Of a stretch of 64,000 nt of DNA, positions 41,605-55,532 are shown in pieces. The DNA is taken from assembly GCF_009914755.1 (NCBI RefSeq), contig NC_060928.1; one strand, written 5' to 3'. A model generated the notes under the pieces. It made no database searches. It was not told where the DNA came from and saw nothing but the letters and a program-made list of their open reading frames with translations. Each line of letters begins with the position of its first letter. Within the stretch, counting starts at the first letter, position 1. Origin of the DNA: the human T2T-CHM13v2.0 reference genome, Homo sapiens. The position numbers and the translations under genes were made by a program.

Positions 41605-42077
41605 TCAGTTAATGTAATTCATCATATTAAAAGAAAAAAATGACGGTAAACTGTATGATGGATCTTAATGGACACCAAGAAAGTATTAGACTGAATCCAG
41701 GATGCATGACTAATAAAAACCTTGGAAAGGAATTTCCTCAGCCAAATAAAAGTATCTACAAAAATAAAACAGGTAATACCATCATACTTAACAGTGAACT
41801 ATTGCATGCACTTTTCATAAAATCAAGAGTAAGACAAGATGTCTGCCCTCACTACTCCTATTTGACATTATAGTAGACATTGTATCCAGTTTATTAAGGC
41901 AAGAAAAAGAGTGAAATGTACCCAGATTAGGCAAAAGGAATTTGCTGACAGCAGGAGCGTATATATACAAAATTAAATGGAATTTATTAAAAAGCTATTA
42001 GATTTATTAAATAAGTTTAGCAAGATTTTAGAAGAAAATATCAAATTGTAAATATTACTTTTATGTCTATGTATTAT

Positions 42078-42464
42078 TGTGAAATTGAACTAAGCTTGAA
42101 CTAAAGCTACCTCCATGCATAGCAAACAGTAACCTCACTTAATGCATAAACACCCTGCAACCTAACCTGAGTGTATACTCTCCTAACAAGTTGCTGAATT
42201 TCAACCAGTCATAGCAACCAAATGTTAGCCAATCATAGGCTGAAAGCTGCAAACTATGATCAAATAAGGCAACTGCCAAACTGCAGCCTATTAAGCTGTT
42301 TCTGTATCCCATTTCCATTGGTTTGGTTATAAATATTGTCTGCTCACTTTGTGGGATATAGCCTCTGAACCACTTTTGATCCCGAATTCTATCTGGTTCA
42401 TAAAATTTGTTCTGCTCAATTAAAATCTGTTAAATTTAACTTGTCTCAGATTTTTTCTTTTACA
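42078..42464 (+). mobile_element. MER57-family LTR
   Basis: aactaaagctacctcc...agccaatcataggctg...caaataaggcaa...gttaaatttaacttgtct...tttaca. Confidence 0.75.
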
Positions 42465-42810
42465 CTAGCAGAAAACATTTGGAAAATAACACATGGACTT
42501 GTGCGTGTGTACAAGGGAGAAAGAGTGGGACAGAGAATTACTATTTTGTTAGAAATTTTTAAAAAGACTGTCATTCCTTGTAAGTACAGATATTTGGCTC
42601 TAAAGGTAATAACTAAAACAATAAAGCCTCTAGACGTAAACAGAAGGGAGAATATCTCATGATTTGGGGTAGGCATTTTTAAAAACAAATTAAAAGCCCT
42701 AACCATAAAGGAAAAACCATATGTATCGATCACAAAAAGAAAAGTGAAAATACAAAAATAAAACAGTAAGTTAAGATATAAGAAATATAATCTTCTCATC
42801 AAAGAATTTG

Positions 42811-42863
42811 CATCCAGAATATATAGAGAACTTCTCACATCCAGAATATATGGAGAACTTCTC
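42811..42863. repeat. 27-bp tandem duplication
   Basis: catccagaatatatagagaacttctca x2 with one mismatch. Confidence 0.85.
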
Positions 42864-43339
42864 GCTTAATAATAAAGAGAAGGTACCTCCTACAGGAAAA
42901 GAGGCAAAAGATTTAAATAGGTATCTCAAAAAAGACATCTGGATGGTCAATAAGCCATGTAAAGGGGCTTCATCTAATAAGTCATTAGGGAAATACAAAG
43001 TAAAGCAACAGTGCAATGCCACCAGACATTTACTAGTATGGCTAAAATTAAATATTATAGCTATATTCTGTGTTGGCCAGGATGTGGCATAACTTCAAAT
43101 GTTATACAATGCTGATCAAAGTGAAAACTGGTGCATACGTTTTGAAAAACATTTGGAAATATCTCCTAATTTGGATAAATGCATAACTTAAGATCCAGCA
43201 GTTTTATCCCAAGATATATAACCAAGAGAAATCTGTGAGTATATGTGAAATAAAAGACTTGTATAAAAATGAGAATAGCAACACTGTTTTAATTACTGAA
43301 AACTAGCAACATTCCAACTTCACATCAATAGTACCATGA

Positions 43340-45659
43340 TGATATGGTTTGGCTGTGTCCTCACCTGAATCTCATCTTGAATTGTAGCTCCCATAATGCC
43401 CCTGTGTTGTGGGAGAGACCCTGTGGGAGGTAATTGAATTACGGAAGTGGGTCTTTCCCATGCTGTTCTCATGATAGTGAATAAGTCTCACAAGATCTGA
43501 TGGTTTTATAAATGGGAGTTTCCCTACACAAGCTCTCTCATTCTCTCTTGTCTGCTGCCATGTAAGATGTGTCTTTAACCTTCTGACATGATCGTGAGGA
43601 CTCTCCAGTCACATGGCATTGTGAGTCCATTAAACCTCTTTTTCCTTATAAATTACCCAGTCCTGGATATGTCTTTATGAGCAGTGAGAAAACAGATTAA
43701 TACAGTAAATTGGTACCAGTAGAGTGGGGTGCTGCTATAAAGATACCCAAAAATGTGGAGGCGACTTTGGAACTGGGTAAGAGGGAGAAATTGGAAAAGT
43801 TTGGAGGGCCTAGAAGAAGACAGGAAAATGGGTGAAAGTTTGGAACTTCCTAGAGACTTGTTGAATGGCATTGACGAAAATGCTGACAATGATATACACA
43901 ATGACAATGAAATCCAGGCTAAGGTGGTCTCAGATGGAGATGAGAAACTTATTGGGAGCTGGAATAAAGGTGACACATCCTACATTTTAGCAAATAGACT
44001 GCTGGCATTTTTCCCCTGCCCTAGAAATTTGTAACTTTGAACTTCAGAAAGATGATTTAGGGTATCTGGGGGAAGAAATTTCTAAGCAGTAAAGCATCAA
44101 GAAGTGACTTGGATGCTGTTAAAAGCATTTAGTTTTAAAAGCAAACACAGCATAAAAGTTTGAAAAATTTGCAGCCTGATGATGCACTAGAAAAAAGAAA
44201 AACACATTTTCTAAGGAGAAATTCAAGCCAGATGCAGAAATTTGCATAAGTAATGAGGAGCCAAATGTTAATCATCAAGACAATGGGAAAAATGTCTCCA
44301 GAGCATGTCAGAGACTTTTGTGGAAGTCCCTTCCATCATAGGCCCAGATGCATAGGAGGAAAAAATGGTTTCATGGGCCAGGCCAGGCCCCCCTACTGTG
44401 TGCAGGCTAGGGACTTGGTGCCCTGCATCCTAGCTGCTCTAGCCATAGCTAAAAAGGGTCAAGGTACAGCTTGGGCTGTAGCTTCAGTGGGTGCAAGCCC
44501 CAGGCTTTGGCAGCCTCCATGTGGTATTGAGCCTGTGGATGCACAAAAGTCAAGAATTGAGTTTTGGAAACCTTCGCCTGGGTTTCAGAGGATGTATGGA
44601 AATGCTTGAGTGGGTCCAGAAATAAGTTTGCTGCAGGGGAAGGTCCCTCATGGAGAACCTCTGCTAGGGCAGTGAGGAAGGGAAATGTGGGGTGGAAGCC
44701 CCCACACTGAGTCCCCACTGGGGCACTACCTAATGGATCTGTGAGAAGAGGGCCACCATCCTCCAGATCCCAGAATGATAGATCCACAGACAGATTGCAC
44801 CTTGTACCTGTAAAAGCCACAGAAACTCCCTAGCCAGACTATGAAAGCAGCTGAGAGGGAGGCTCTATCCTGCAAACCCAGAGACAGAGCTGCCCAAGAC
44901 CATGGGAACCCACCTCTTGCATCACTGTTACCTGGATACGTGACATGGAGTTAAAGGAGATAATTTTGAAGCTTTAAGATTTGACTGCCCCACTAAATTT
45001 TGTACTTGAATGGGGCCTGTAGCCTATTTGTTTAGTCAATTTCTCCCATTTGGGACAGCTGTATTTACCCAATGCCTGTACCCCCATTGTATGTAAGAAG
45101 TAACTAACTTGCTTTTGATTTTACAGGCTCATAGGTGAAAGGGCCTTTCCTTGTCTCAGATCAGACTTTGGACTGTGGACATTTAAGTAAATGCTGAAAT
45201 GAGTTAAGACTTTGGGGAACTGTTAGGAAGGCATAATCAGTTTTGAAATGTGAGGACATGAGATTTGGGAGAGGCTGGGGCAGAATGATGTGATTTGGCT
45301 CTGGGGAGAGTGTCCCCATCCAAAGCTCATCTTGAATTGTAGCTCCCATAATTCTCACATGCTATGGGAGGGACCTAGTGGGGGGTAATTGAATCATGGG
45401 GACATGTCTTTCTCATGCTGTTTTCATGATAGTGACTAAATCTCACAAGATCTGTTGGTTTTATAAAGGGGAGATTCCCTACACAAGCTCTCTCATTCTC
45501 TCTTGTCTACCACCATGTAAGATGTGTCTTTTACCTTCCACCATAATTGTGAGGCATCCCCAGCCACGTGGAACTGTGAGTCCATTAAACCTCTTTTTCT
45601 ATGTAAATTACCCAGTCTGTAGTATGTCTTTATGAGCAGCATGAAAACAGACTAATACA
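43340..45659 (+). mobile_element. Complete THE1 (THE1B-like) MaLR element
   Basis: LTRs at 43340-43704 and 45286-45659, 1.58-kb internal region, TSD catga / catgg. Confidence 0.93.
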
Positions 45660-45717
45660 CATGGATAAGTAACTTGTGGAATATTCACATACACATAATG
45701 GAATGGTTTCAGTCAAT

Positions 45718-45855
45718 CATAGGTTTTCAAATGTTAGAATGAATCAATTTCACATGGGGGTCCTGTTAAAACTCAGATTTCTGAGTCCTATCTCCATAAT
45801 ATTTGGTTCAGTAGGTCTGAATGGGGAACAAGATTTTGCATATCTAACTAGCAGC
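45718..45855. mobile_element. MER5A fragment
   Basis: ctgttaaaactcagatttctgagtcc...ttcagtaggtctg...ttgcatatctaac. Confidence 0.65.
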
Positions 45856-46651
45856 TTTTTGCTCCCATCTTGGGATCCAACAGGCTTCATCAAAGGAAAC
45901 AAAACAAAAATAAAATAGCAAGCACAACAGTGATAGATCTCACAAATATTATGTTGAATGGAAGAAGTCAAATATTCAAGAGTATATACTCTACAATTAC
46001 AGACAAAAAAAGGCAAAGTAATGCATGAAAACATTCAGGATAGTGGTTATCTTTGAAGATAAGGGTTACTGACTAGAAGTATGCAGGAACAAAGCTTTTG
46101 GGGTGCTAGCAATGTTCTATATTTTTTATCTGGGTGCTGATTTCATGGGTACACTCACTTTGTTAAAATACATCAAGCTGCATACATAGGATTTATGGAC
46201 TTTTCTATCTAAATACTACACTTGAATTAAAATATTTATTTTAAAAATTTAAAATAAATTTTTAAATATAAAATCTTATATTACTTGTAGCCTGTACCCA
46301 ATTATAAATGCATATTTGTAAACTACAATTATGCTAAATAATGAAGAAGCAGTTCAGGAGTTATTTGAATATCCATTGTTTAAAAGCAACTGACAATGAC
46401 TCAAAGGATTTAGAGAATGACAGGCATGTTGAGAAAAGTTGATAGGTTCTCAGTGCTTGGGCATTGAGTGTAACCCCTAGCTACAACATTGGTGTCCACT
46501 GGTGTTACTTTGATCTGTGGGATATAGGAGCCACATTATTATTTTGCAATTACTTATCTAGAGGTTGCAACCCCTCACCTTGTGTTTCTGCATAATTGGT
46601 AAAAAAAATTTACAACACAAATAAGAATTATATCTCTTTAAAATTTGCTAT

Positions 46652-46749
46652 CTTACAGTTATTCTTCCAAAATGAAGAAGGGAGAAGTTGAACAGGCAGG
46701 TGTGTTTTCACTAATTGAGGAGACTGCATGTTTTGCAACTGCTCAACAC
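46652..46749 (-). pseudogene. SULT1D1P: SULT1D1P coding exon 3 (98 bp)
   Basis: (G)VEQLQNMQSPQLVKTHLPVQLLPSSFWKNNCK with catalytic His108 intact. Acceptor gtag intact. Donor reads ATAGCA (GT>AT). Confidence 0.95.
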
Positions 46750-47568
46750 CTACAATCACAAAAAATTAACAAACTACCATGTAAACATAGAATTATAAAT
46801 ATGATTTACAATATAATCTAAGATTTTCTAAACCCCACTATATGGCTTAAAATGGCTATATGACTTCATATACTCTTAAAATCTACACTGAGATTAAAAA
46901 AGATAAACTCTGAGAAGACTCTTTTATGCCTATGAGCAACATAAGACTATCATCTTCATAAGTGGCTATAAAATCCTCAGATAGAACACCTTGATGAGGC
47001 AGAAAGAGCTACAGGTCAAGAATCATAATGTCTAGAATTTTTCTTCATTTATATTCTTCTGTTTATCATTTATGATATGAGAAAATTGCACTAGAGGATT
47101 TCAAAATCCCTTTCCAGCTCTCCCATATTTGAATTCTAAGATTGAACTAGGCCATGAAGCTTATGGCTATTTTTTTAATTTAATAATGCAAGATCGTATA
47201 TCCATATCTCTTTTCCTTGAGTTTGTAAATATGAGATAACTTGTAGTATACATGATTCTATATTGAATCAAATATTGAAGTTTGTCTATATAATGATTAC
47301 CTAATAATTAAACATTTAAAACTTCCATCTGTCTTTGAAAGAAAACATGCTACATACATTAAAATCTTCTCTTATGCATATATTACCCTTGGATGGAGGA
47401 AGAATATAATATGATTATTGGCACAGTCAGATTCTGACTCCTCTATTACAGATGCTTATGATTCAATTGTCCAAGCTTGTCATTTTCTGTCATGACTCCT
47501 CCAGATATCTTAAAAAAAAAGGGGGGGGAATTTACTCTTGTAGTGAAAAGAGACATTTAAAAAAATAC

Positions 47569-47694
47569 CATTTGTGAGTCCAGGAATTATAAGTTCCATG
47601 AAAGTCACTCGCTTGTATATTGCATCACGTTTACATTTCTCTGCATCCCCATTGTTAAAGATCAAATCCAATATTTCACTGATCCAGGTCATCC
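47569..47694 (-). pseudogene. SULT1D1P: SULT1D1P coding exon 2 (126 bp)
   Basis: (G)MTWISEILDLIFNNGDAEKCKRDAIYKRVTFMELIIPGLTN(G). Intact ttag acceptor and GTATTT donor. Overlaps ORF 47510..47692. Confidence 0.95.
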
Positions 47695-47860
47695 CTAAGG
47701 AAAGAAAATATTAACAAAACTTTAAACTTTTCTGTCAAAAAGAGTATAAGATAATCAGTGGCTGTAGAGAAGTTGTGTAACAATATCTAAAACAAAAATG
47801 TATTCTTTATTTCCACTCCCTTTCTTCTCCCCTTTCCTAGGAACCATCCTTATCTATCTT

Positions 47861-48071
47861 TTGTTTTTGTTTTTTGACATAGGGTCTCACTCTGTTGCCC
47901 AGGCTGGAGTGCAGTGGCAGAATCATGGCTCACTGTAGCCTTGGCCTCCTGGACTCAAGCAATTCTCCCATCTCAGCTTTCTGAGTAGTTGGGACTAAGT
48001 TGTGCACCATCACTCCCAGGTAAACTTTTTAATTGTTTGTAGGAAAGGGGCCTCACTGTGTTGTCCAGGCT
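47861..48071 (-). mobile_element. 5'-truncated AluJ
   Basis: Right arm plus part of left arm. TSD cttatctatctt / cttatttatctt. Confidence 0.88.
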
Positions 48072-50569
48072 CTTATTTATCTTGAACATACATATAATTT
48101 TTGTGTGTGTGTAAAATGTGATTAAAATATCATACAAATAAGACCCAAAAAGGAGGTAAAAGAGGAAGTATTAAACAGACAGGTTGTGAGTAATGATAAC
48201 GTACTCTCTGGGGTAAAATGGGTGGAGGAAGTGGCCAACTTCAATGTCTATCAGTTTGTAAATTTCCTACTAATATCAAAAAGTTTATTAGAATTGAATT
48301 GCATTTCAGGTAAAAATGTTCTAGATTTGGTGAAAGGGTAAAGAAGGAAAAGAAAAAATCTTGGCAATTTTCCATGCAGTGACCAGTGTGCCACTCACAA
48401 AAAAAAGACAATAGATTCTGATTGAGTAGAGTGGATCAAGATACTCTGACCATTATGATATTGTGTCTCACCAGTTATTTGAGAAATGTATCTAAATCAT
48501 ATGTGCCTATGGTATACTTGATTGTACATTCAACAGTCAGATTATTGAGGCACTGCTAAAAAAAAAGAAATATAAGACATAGGAAATAAGTATCTCCTTA
48601 ACTGTTCCCATTTTCTTCCTCTTTACCAAAGGTATAATGATAAATTAAATAATAGGAGGCAGTAACTAAAATATTAAGTTAATTAGTTAATCATTTGATT
48701 AAGCCATGCACACGACAACATTTTTAAATAATGATCTATATGTAGATACACATTTGGATTGCACCCAGATACTACAGCACATTAGGCCCCCTTTTTGGTC
48801 TTTTCTTGTGGTCAACTCTTCCTCCTTCTTGTCCCCAAATCATGAGTACCTGTACTAGGCAATCTCCCCAATCCTATCACAGATTTAGTACTAAAAAACA
48901 GATGAGCCAAATCAGTACCAACGTTGAACATTTTGCTGCTTGATCTGGTTTAGGCTTAAGCAACGATTCATGAGTTAAAAGAGAGAGAAGGAGAGAGACC
49001 TAAATTTCAAAGTACAATGTAACTCATTTTATCTCTTATTGGGGAAAGTTTTAAATTGTGGCCCTTGAAGTCTGACTGAAAGAAATACCAATTTAGCTGT
49101 TTTGTATGCTTTGTAATGAAAAAGTTTGTGGACTTTGTAGAGAAAAAAAATAGCACATGGTTTAGCTCACCTAAGGAGATAGTTAACTTGTACCTTTTGT
49201 AACAATGTTAATAAGGCACTAATATATTAATAATTTTAAAACTTTAAGACATGTTCACACCCATGTGTAAAGGAAACAATGACAAAAACCTACGAAAAAG
49301 AATGTTAAACTATGTGTATACTTCTCTGCAGAGTTCACAGAGAAAAATAAAATAAAAATAAAAAATAAACTATGTGTAGCCATTTTAGCTTTTACTATAC
49401 TAGAAAAAGTTTAGCTTCAATGAGTATCTTGTAGATGAACTATTTGTATAATGGTACCTTTCAAAGATTATCTTAATGGTTTTCTTCTTTTGAATATATC
49501 CAAAAATAGCAAAAACAAAAGGACGTGTACATTCTCAGTAACTGACTTCCCTTCTCTAAACACTTATTTCAACAATGAAATGAAATGCGGTTTTAGTCTT
49601 AAACAATTTGGGTTTGGTGAACTACTCAGAAAGCAAGGTAAGTAGTAAGAAAATAAAGATGCTTTGTCAAAACAAGTTAGTTTTTTACATGTACCAAAAT
49701 CTGTATTGTGCATTGTTTACTTCCTAGAAGAAGCTCTTTGTTCTCATACAGGTTCACAATTTTGGCAGATTAACATCCCTCAAATTCAGGGCTTTCCTCC
49801 TGAGACTTGTTACACATTACTTTAAAATAATTTTGATATTTTTGATAATTTTGATATACATAATATAAAATAATCAGTACACAATATGTTTACTTGAAAT
49901 GTATTTCTTTAAGAAATTAAATAGGAATATAAAGGAAATTTGCCTTTAGGGGGTTTGGTAATTATGGGACAGTTGATTAATTGTGGACTAAATTAATTTA
50001 ACTGAACAAAAGGCTAGAAAGAGCCTCATCTGTGATATATCTCTGCACGACTATCACTGGGTAAATCAGAAGATTCTGTCACAGCAGATATGGAGAAATA
50101 AAAATTGTTGATTCTTAATAAGTCATCTTAAGTTTTTCTGAGATTGTATACTGAAATCAGCAGTTGTTTAAATATACAAACAAAATATTTAAATATCAAA
50201 ATGTATAGAATATGTATATTCCAATATATCTGATATGTGTGTGTATATAATGGAATATACATATTCTAATGTATCCAAAACATATATATATATACAGTTT
50301 TAATAATTTCTATTTGAATTTAAAAAGAAAAACAAGAAAACAACATTAATTTTTCTCTCAGATATATTCTTTATTCAATTGGTAGCCTTTCAGAATAGGA
50401 AGTAAATTAGTCTAACTTAAGATGACACTCTCACAGCAACCACCACAGGGTTTCCTCAAAAAATGTTTAATAATTTCAAGTTAGACCTGACTAATAATCT
50501 GTAAATCAGTGGGTTTACACATATGGATCACTATCAAATCATTGAGTACAAACAAATGAAAATGTCTTC

Positions 50570-50717
50570 CAGATTTGGGATAGGTAGAGATCAGAATATC
50601 ATCTGGTCAGGCCTCAAACAATTCTACTTGAAACCACTCTTCAGCAATGCTCTAGAAAAGGGGAATCCCCTGAACATCCACTAACTCCCTTCTGAAGACA
50701 CGCTGCTCATTGTCCAT
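50570..50717 (-). pseudogene. SULT1D1P: SULT1D1P coding exon 1 (148 bp)
   Basis: MDNEQRVFRRELVDVQGIPLF*SIAEEWFQVELFEA*PDDILISTYPKS(G). TAG at 50654-50652, TGA at 50609-50607. Donor reads GAAGAC instead of GT. A likely acceptor AG lies at 50729-50728, 10 nt before the ATG. Confidence 0.95.
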
Positions 50718-50984
50718 TTTGAGGAAACTAGATATTGACCAAAGTGTAGTATCAATCAAATCAAACAATAGGTTAATATTTTAGTAGTATTATCATCACT
50801 CTAGCTCCAGCAGCATTAGATTTTAATACTATGGATTTTGTACTGTTCATTTATTACATAAGGCTAGCACTTTTTATTGGCAAAATTACTTTTATAGCAT
50901 TTCCTCAGGCAAAATTTTCTGAGATACATAATAAATTTACTGAACTTTGGAGTCAGGTGAAAAGTGCCTTAATTGCAGTGCCAT

Positions 50985-51638
50985 TGTGTCAGGCAGGTAT
51001 TGCTAACACAGGCCTCCATAACAACTGTTTCAGCACTGACTGAGTGGTTAATTTAGATATTAAAAGTTCATAGAGGCAGTGCCCTTATACAAAGGCTGGA
51101 ATGTAACAAAAGCCTACCAAGAGTTTTGGCTAGGCCTTTCCTGGGCCTTGAAGCATGACAAGATAAGGAAGGCATTCTTAACAGGACCCATTTAAGATTA
51201 AACAAGCTTTATTGGGGGTCTGAAAGAAAGCCCTCAGGCCTTCACAAACAAGTTTATTGGGGGTCTGAAGGAACTCCCTAAACCTCCATGATTTAGCAAG
51301 AGACAAGGATAATCACCCAAGCACCGGGACCCATTTAGATTAAGTAAATTTACTGAGACTGCAAAGGAACGTCTTCAGGACTCAGATCTTAGTTATAGAT
51401 TAAAAGAAGTTAATCACTTATGCCTTGAGATAAATTCGCACTTACATGTAGACATGTAGCTTAGAAGGTGTATAAGCTCTGGAAAAACTGTGATTTTGAG
51501 TCGATCTGGCAATAATCTCCAGACCTTCTCCCTGTAATCGGTTACAGAAATAAAAACTCCCTTCTCTCTCAGTTTATCTGCATCTGGTTATTGGGCCATG
51601 AGAATAAGCATCTCGACCCTCAGTTTGGTCCGGGAACA
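50985..51638 (+). mobile_element. PABL_A-type ERV1 solo LTR inserted into a MIR
   Basis: caggcctccataacaactgtttcagcactgactgagtgg...cagtttggtccgggaaca. TATA near 51471, AATAAA near 51549. TSD ccat / acat. Confidence 0.8.
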
Positions 51639-52269
51639 ACATCAATTCATTGCAGCGGGAACTTAAACAAGTTCTGTAACTGCACGGATCTTCTTAACTA
51701 TAAAATCAAGGGTGGCCTAATCAATACTTCCCTCCCTTAAATTATAGGTGGACCAATGAATTATTCTATCTAAATTATCTATAACAGACCACAAGTGTGA
51801 GAGAAAATGCGCATTGGGGTGGGGCAGGGTCTAGCAAAGAAATTAATGACAAAAGGTTAAGGTTAAAGAAACAAGTTTAAGGTAAGTGAAGTCTTGGAGA
51901 GATAATGAATACCTTGTGTAAAAGTTAAAGAGAGGAAAGAAACACGAAAAACCTCTTGCTTCTCAATTTCTTCATTTATAAAATAAGAGATTGAAATATA
52001 TTCTGACCTAGAGCCCTTCCAAATCTATTTTTCTATGAATTTGTGACTATTTTTGAACTCAAAATCGTGGGTTAGCCATAATGAAAGTCTGGTTATGATC
52101 TACATTATGATGCTAAAAAATCTAAACCCTACAGATGAAATATAGTCAGATATATCAGATGATTTTTCAAGAGATCATATCACAGTACATTTATATTGCA
52201 ATTACATATTAAAGTGTGCATACGTATATATAAGACACACTGATCAGTACATTCATTTCATTGAAAGCT

Positions 52270-54103
52270 TTAAATATAATTTTCTATGTATTATGGTCAA
52301 TAGTTATTGAAGCATCTACCATGTGCAATGCATACACAGCTATTGCTTATTTTTGTAAGATCTGATCTCAATAAATGTGCAATTCTTAAAAATAAAAATG
52401 TTTATATGAGAAAGCTAAATGGATTCAAGTCTCACAAAATAGAAGGATACAATGATAAAAATTCAAAGAAGGAGAACATCTAATTGGGGAAACTATGAGA
52501 AACCTGAAGAATTGTGATAGCATTTGAGATCAGGTGTCAGAGATTGGAAGGAATTTCCTGAGCATAGACACTATGATCATTCGTGTAAGTGTGCAATGCA
52601 TGAACAAAGGTAAAGGAGAAGAAAAGTGTGAAAAAAATGTCCAGTGTAGAGTGAGTAGGTCATATTGACTGGAGCTTACTACATAATTAGGAGTGTAGCT
52701 CATTCATTCATTGATAACGTTAATAATATCTATTAAGTGCCAACTATGTGCCAACGATTGCTCTGGCATAAGACAGAAAAGATTTTGCCTACATAAAATT
52801 TGCTTTCTGGTGGGTAATCAAAGATATGAATAAAAAATTATTTCCATTGTAGACAGTTGTGAATTTGGGGCTTCTAAGGGCTACTTAAGATTGTGAACAG
52901 AGAAATGATATGATGTGACTGCTAAGGAAATGTGAGAAAGGGTTAAGAGGGGATGAATGTAAATAAAGAAACGTGATTTTTCTCATAAACTCCCAATGCC
53001 CTTTCAATGTTGAAACACAGTATAAACAGTAAAATCCATATGTGTCTTTATTTTTATATGGTATTTGATATTTTCGACCATGTATTTTCCTTGGAACTCT
53101 CTTCTCTTGATTTCCGTGTTACCGCATTCTCAATTTCCCAAAGGAGTATTTCTATTTTATTTAGGCCAGAAATGTTATTCTTCCTTGGAGCTCCATACTT
53201 GGCTCTTTTATCTTACTTTACACACTTCCCCATGGTTTTAACAAGCATCTATAAGCTGATGCCTCAAGAATGCAGATTTATCTTTAGTTTTATTTTATGG
53301 CCTGAGTTCCAGACCTATGGAGCCAGCTACTCTTGCCCATTTTCCTCTAGAAATTCCCTGGGCATTTCAAATTCAATAACATAAATTTAACCTGTTAGCC
53401 TTACTCTCCACTGAACCAGTTCTTGTCCCAGATTCCTGTGTACTTAATATTTTAGTGAAACTATATTTACCCTATTGCACAACTCAGAAATATGGGAATA
53501 ATTTTAGAATCTTGCATATTCAATTGATTCACAAATCTAGTTGCTTTATCTTCTAAGTATCCTTCAGAATAGCAACTTTTCTTCATGAAGTGGCTTAGTG
53601 GTTAAGACTGTAAGGTCTCTAGGTTCAGAGTTCATATGTTAGGTCTGCTAACCAATGTGATTCTGGACAAATCATGAACCTAGGTTTCATTTTCCTAATC
53701 TTAAAATGGAAGTAATAATTTACTTTATAGAACTCTTGTGATGAAGAAATAAGATAATGGGTTCAGTGTGTATGTTGATAAAACATAATAAATGGTAGCC
53801 ATTATTAATATTATCATTATTATTGCCAAAAATAACCTGCCCTAATTTATTTCCTTACTATTACCTATCTTGTACTATGGCAAAGGTCTTAAAATTAGTC
53901 CTCCTATTCTCAAGTTTATTTCCTCCCCTTCTCCATTGATTGAGATCAATGAGATCTTCCTAAAACCTGACCACAACACCATCATCTAAATGATAAAGTT
54001 TAAAGATCTTTACCACGGATTTTACATTCAAACTTCTCCGACTTTCCCTGTTTCCCTCTAGCACAGTTAGGCTTTAGCCTTCAGCAAGAAGGCCATATAT
54101 ATA

Positions 54104-54136
<33 letters not shown>

Positions 54137-54545
54137 GTGTATATATATATATGTATATATATATATGTGTATATATATATATATTTCTTTTTTAAGCATA
54201 GATCCGTCCCCCTCACACTAAGCTGTTGCACTTGCATGTCTCATTTTTCAAGCTAAGACCCTTAATTTCTTTGTCTACCTAGAAAACTCCTATTCATTTC
54301 TCAAATATCTTTTACAAGTCACATCCTCTGAATAGTCTTTCCAGTGGTCCACAGACAAAATGAGTTATTCTCTTTTCTCCATTTCCATATCTTGAATATG
54401 ATGCTATTATTTCATATATTCCACTGTGTTATTATTACTTATTTAATCTGTTTCTCCAATTAGAGTTTAGATTTCTTGTCTTAGGATTGGGACATATATT
54501 TGACTTTCTAATTCCAAGACCTATACTTGAGGTAAATAAATGTAT
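52270..54545. mobile_element. Cluster of L2 and MIR fragments
   Basis: L2 3' motifs (tattgaagcatctaccatgtgc; cattcattcattg...tattaagtgccaactatgtgcc) and a MIR at about 53590-53820. Confidence 0.55.
54096..54185. repeat. (TA)n/(TG)n microsatellite
   Basis: Directly visible. Confidence 0.9.
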
Positions 54546-54677
54546 ATTGAAATGAAATGAAATTTCTCTAGTACACTAGGTAAAACTATCAGGAATTAAG
54601 TTATTTATGTTTACCATTGTATAATAATTTTGATCATTAAGTTACCACTTTAGGATATACTGAGAAGTATTAGTAGG

Positions 54678-55532
54678 TGTAGTGAATTCTTATAATTTTA
54701 CGTTTCTTCTGCATCCATTTGAATATAAGCCACACTTTATCATACCAGAAGCAGTAGGCACCCTTGACACAGTTTCCAATTCTCTGCCCCCCTCAGTCCC
54801 TCAGTGTGGTGACCACCTCCCTATGGGACAGCAAGAGACAACCTACTTACTCACCCCACTAATGTGCACACCCTACATGGACTGCACAGATATGCTGCAG
54901 GGACCATCTCTCAGTCACAGTGTGCACATGAAACTTGCTCTTGCTTGCCATGAACCCACCAATTAAAACTTCCTGTGGGAAACCTGCTTGGGTAAATCTC
55001 TGAACCCCACTAAAGGATTTGGCCACAACTCCCTCCCTCTTTCTCTCCCTTGCTCCCCACTTGCAGACTGAACACAAGTGTCCTGGACAGCTCCCTCCTT
55101 CCCTTTGGTGCTGTGCGGGGCATACTGCCCTCTTCTCTTTGGATCTGTAAGTAATAAACTACCTCAGTTATTTTATGTGTTTTGTTGATTTGCTACTCTG
55201 TGTCTGTCTGATTGACACACCCAAGTCTAACTTCTTTCCTAGTCAGAGCTTTCACAGATAATGGTTATCTTGGTAGGAATAAACTTGACATTGATCAGAT
55301 AAGAGCCACAGGATTGTCTGCCAGTGTAAACAAATTTCCTATGAGAGAGACACCTGGTCTCAGATCAGATCCTTAAGCATTAGATTGTCCACCAGAATAA
55401 AGAAGTATCCTGTGAAAAGCACATTGTAAACATCCACATCCAAATACTCTGGAGCCCCAATAGGGCACAGCTAAATTTTATAGCCATTCTCCTGAGAGAG
55501 ACCTCAAGACCAAATTTAAAAAAAGATAGACA
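54678..55532 (+). mobile_element. MER21-family LTR
   Basis: tgtagtgaattcttataatttta...cacccttgacacagtttcca...AATAAA near 55153...gagagacctcaagaccaaatt...aca. Strand assigned from AATAAA. Confidence 0.65.

Larger units (their letters stand above)
40680..46260 (+). mobile_element. Fragmented ancient L1M/L1ME hosting Alu, MER57, THE1B and MER5A
   Basis: Collinear degenerate ORF2 pieces (ORFs 41640, 42808) and a 3' end (gggtgctagcaatgttcta...cactttgttaaaatacatcaagctg). Confidence 0.75.

Noticed and set aside
43653-45635. Several ORFs of about 65-125 aa
   Set aside because: They are fragments of the decayed THE1 internal region and LTRs.
46646-46651. AT donor after exon 3 as a U12 AT-AC intron
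   Set aside because: The sequence is ATAGCA, not ATATCC, and the next acceptor is AG. A GT>AT mutation is simpler.
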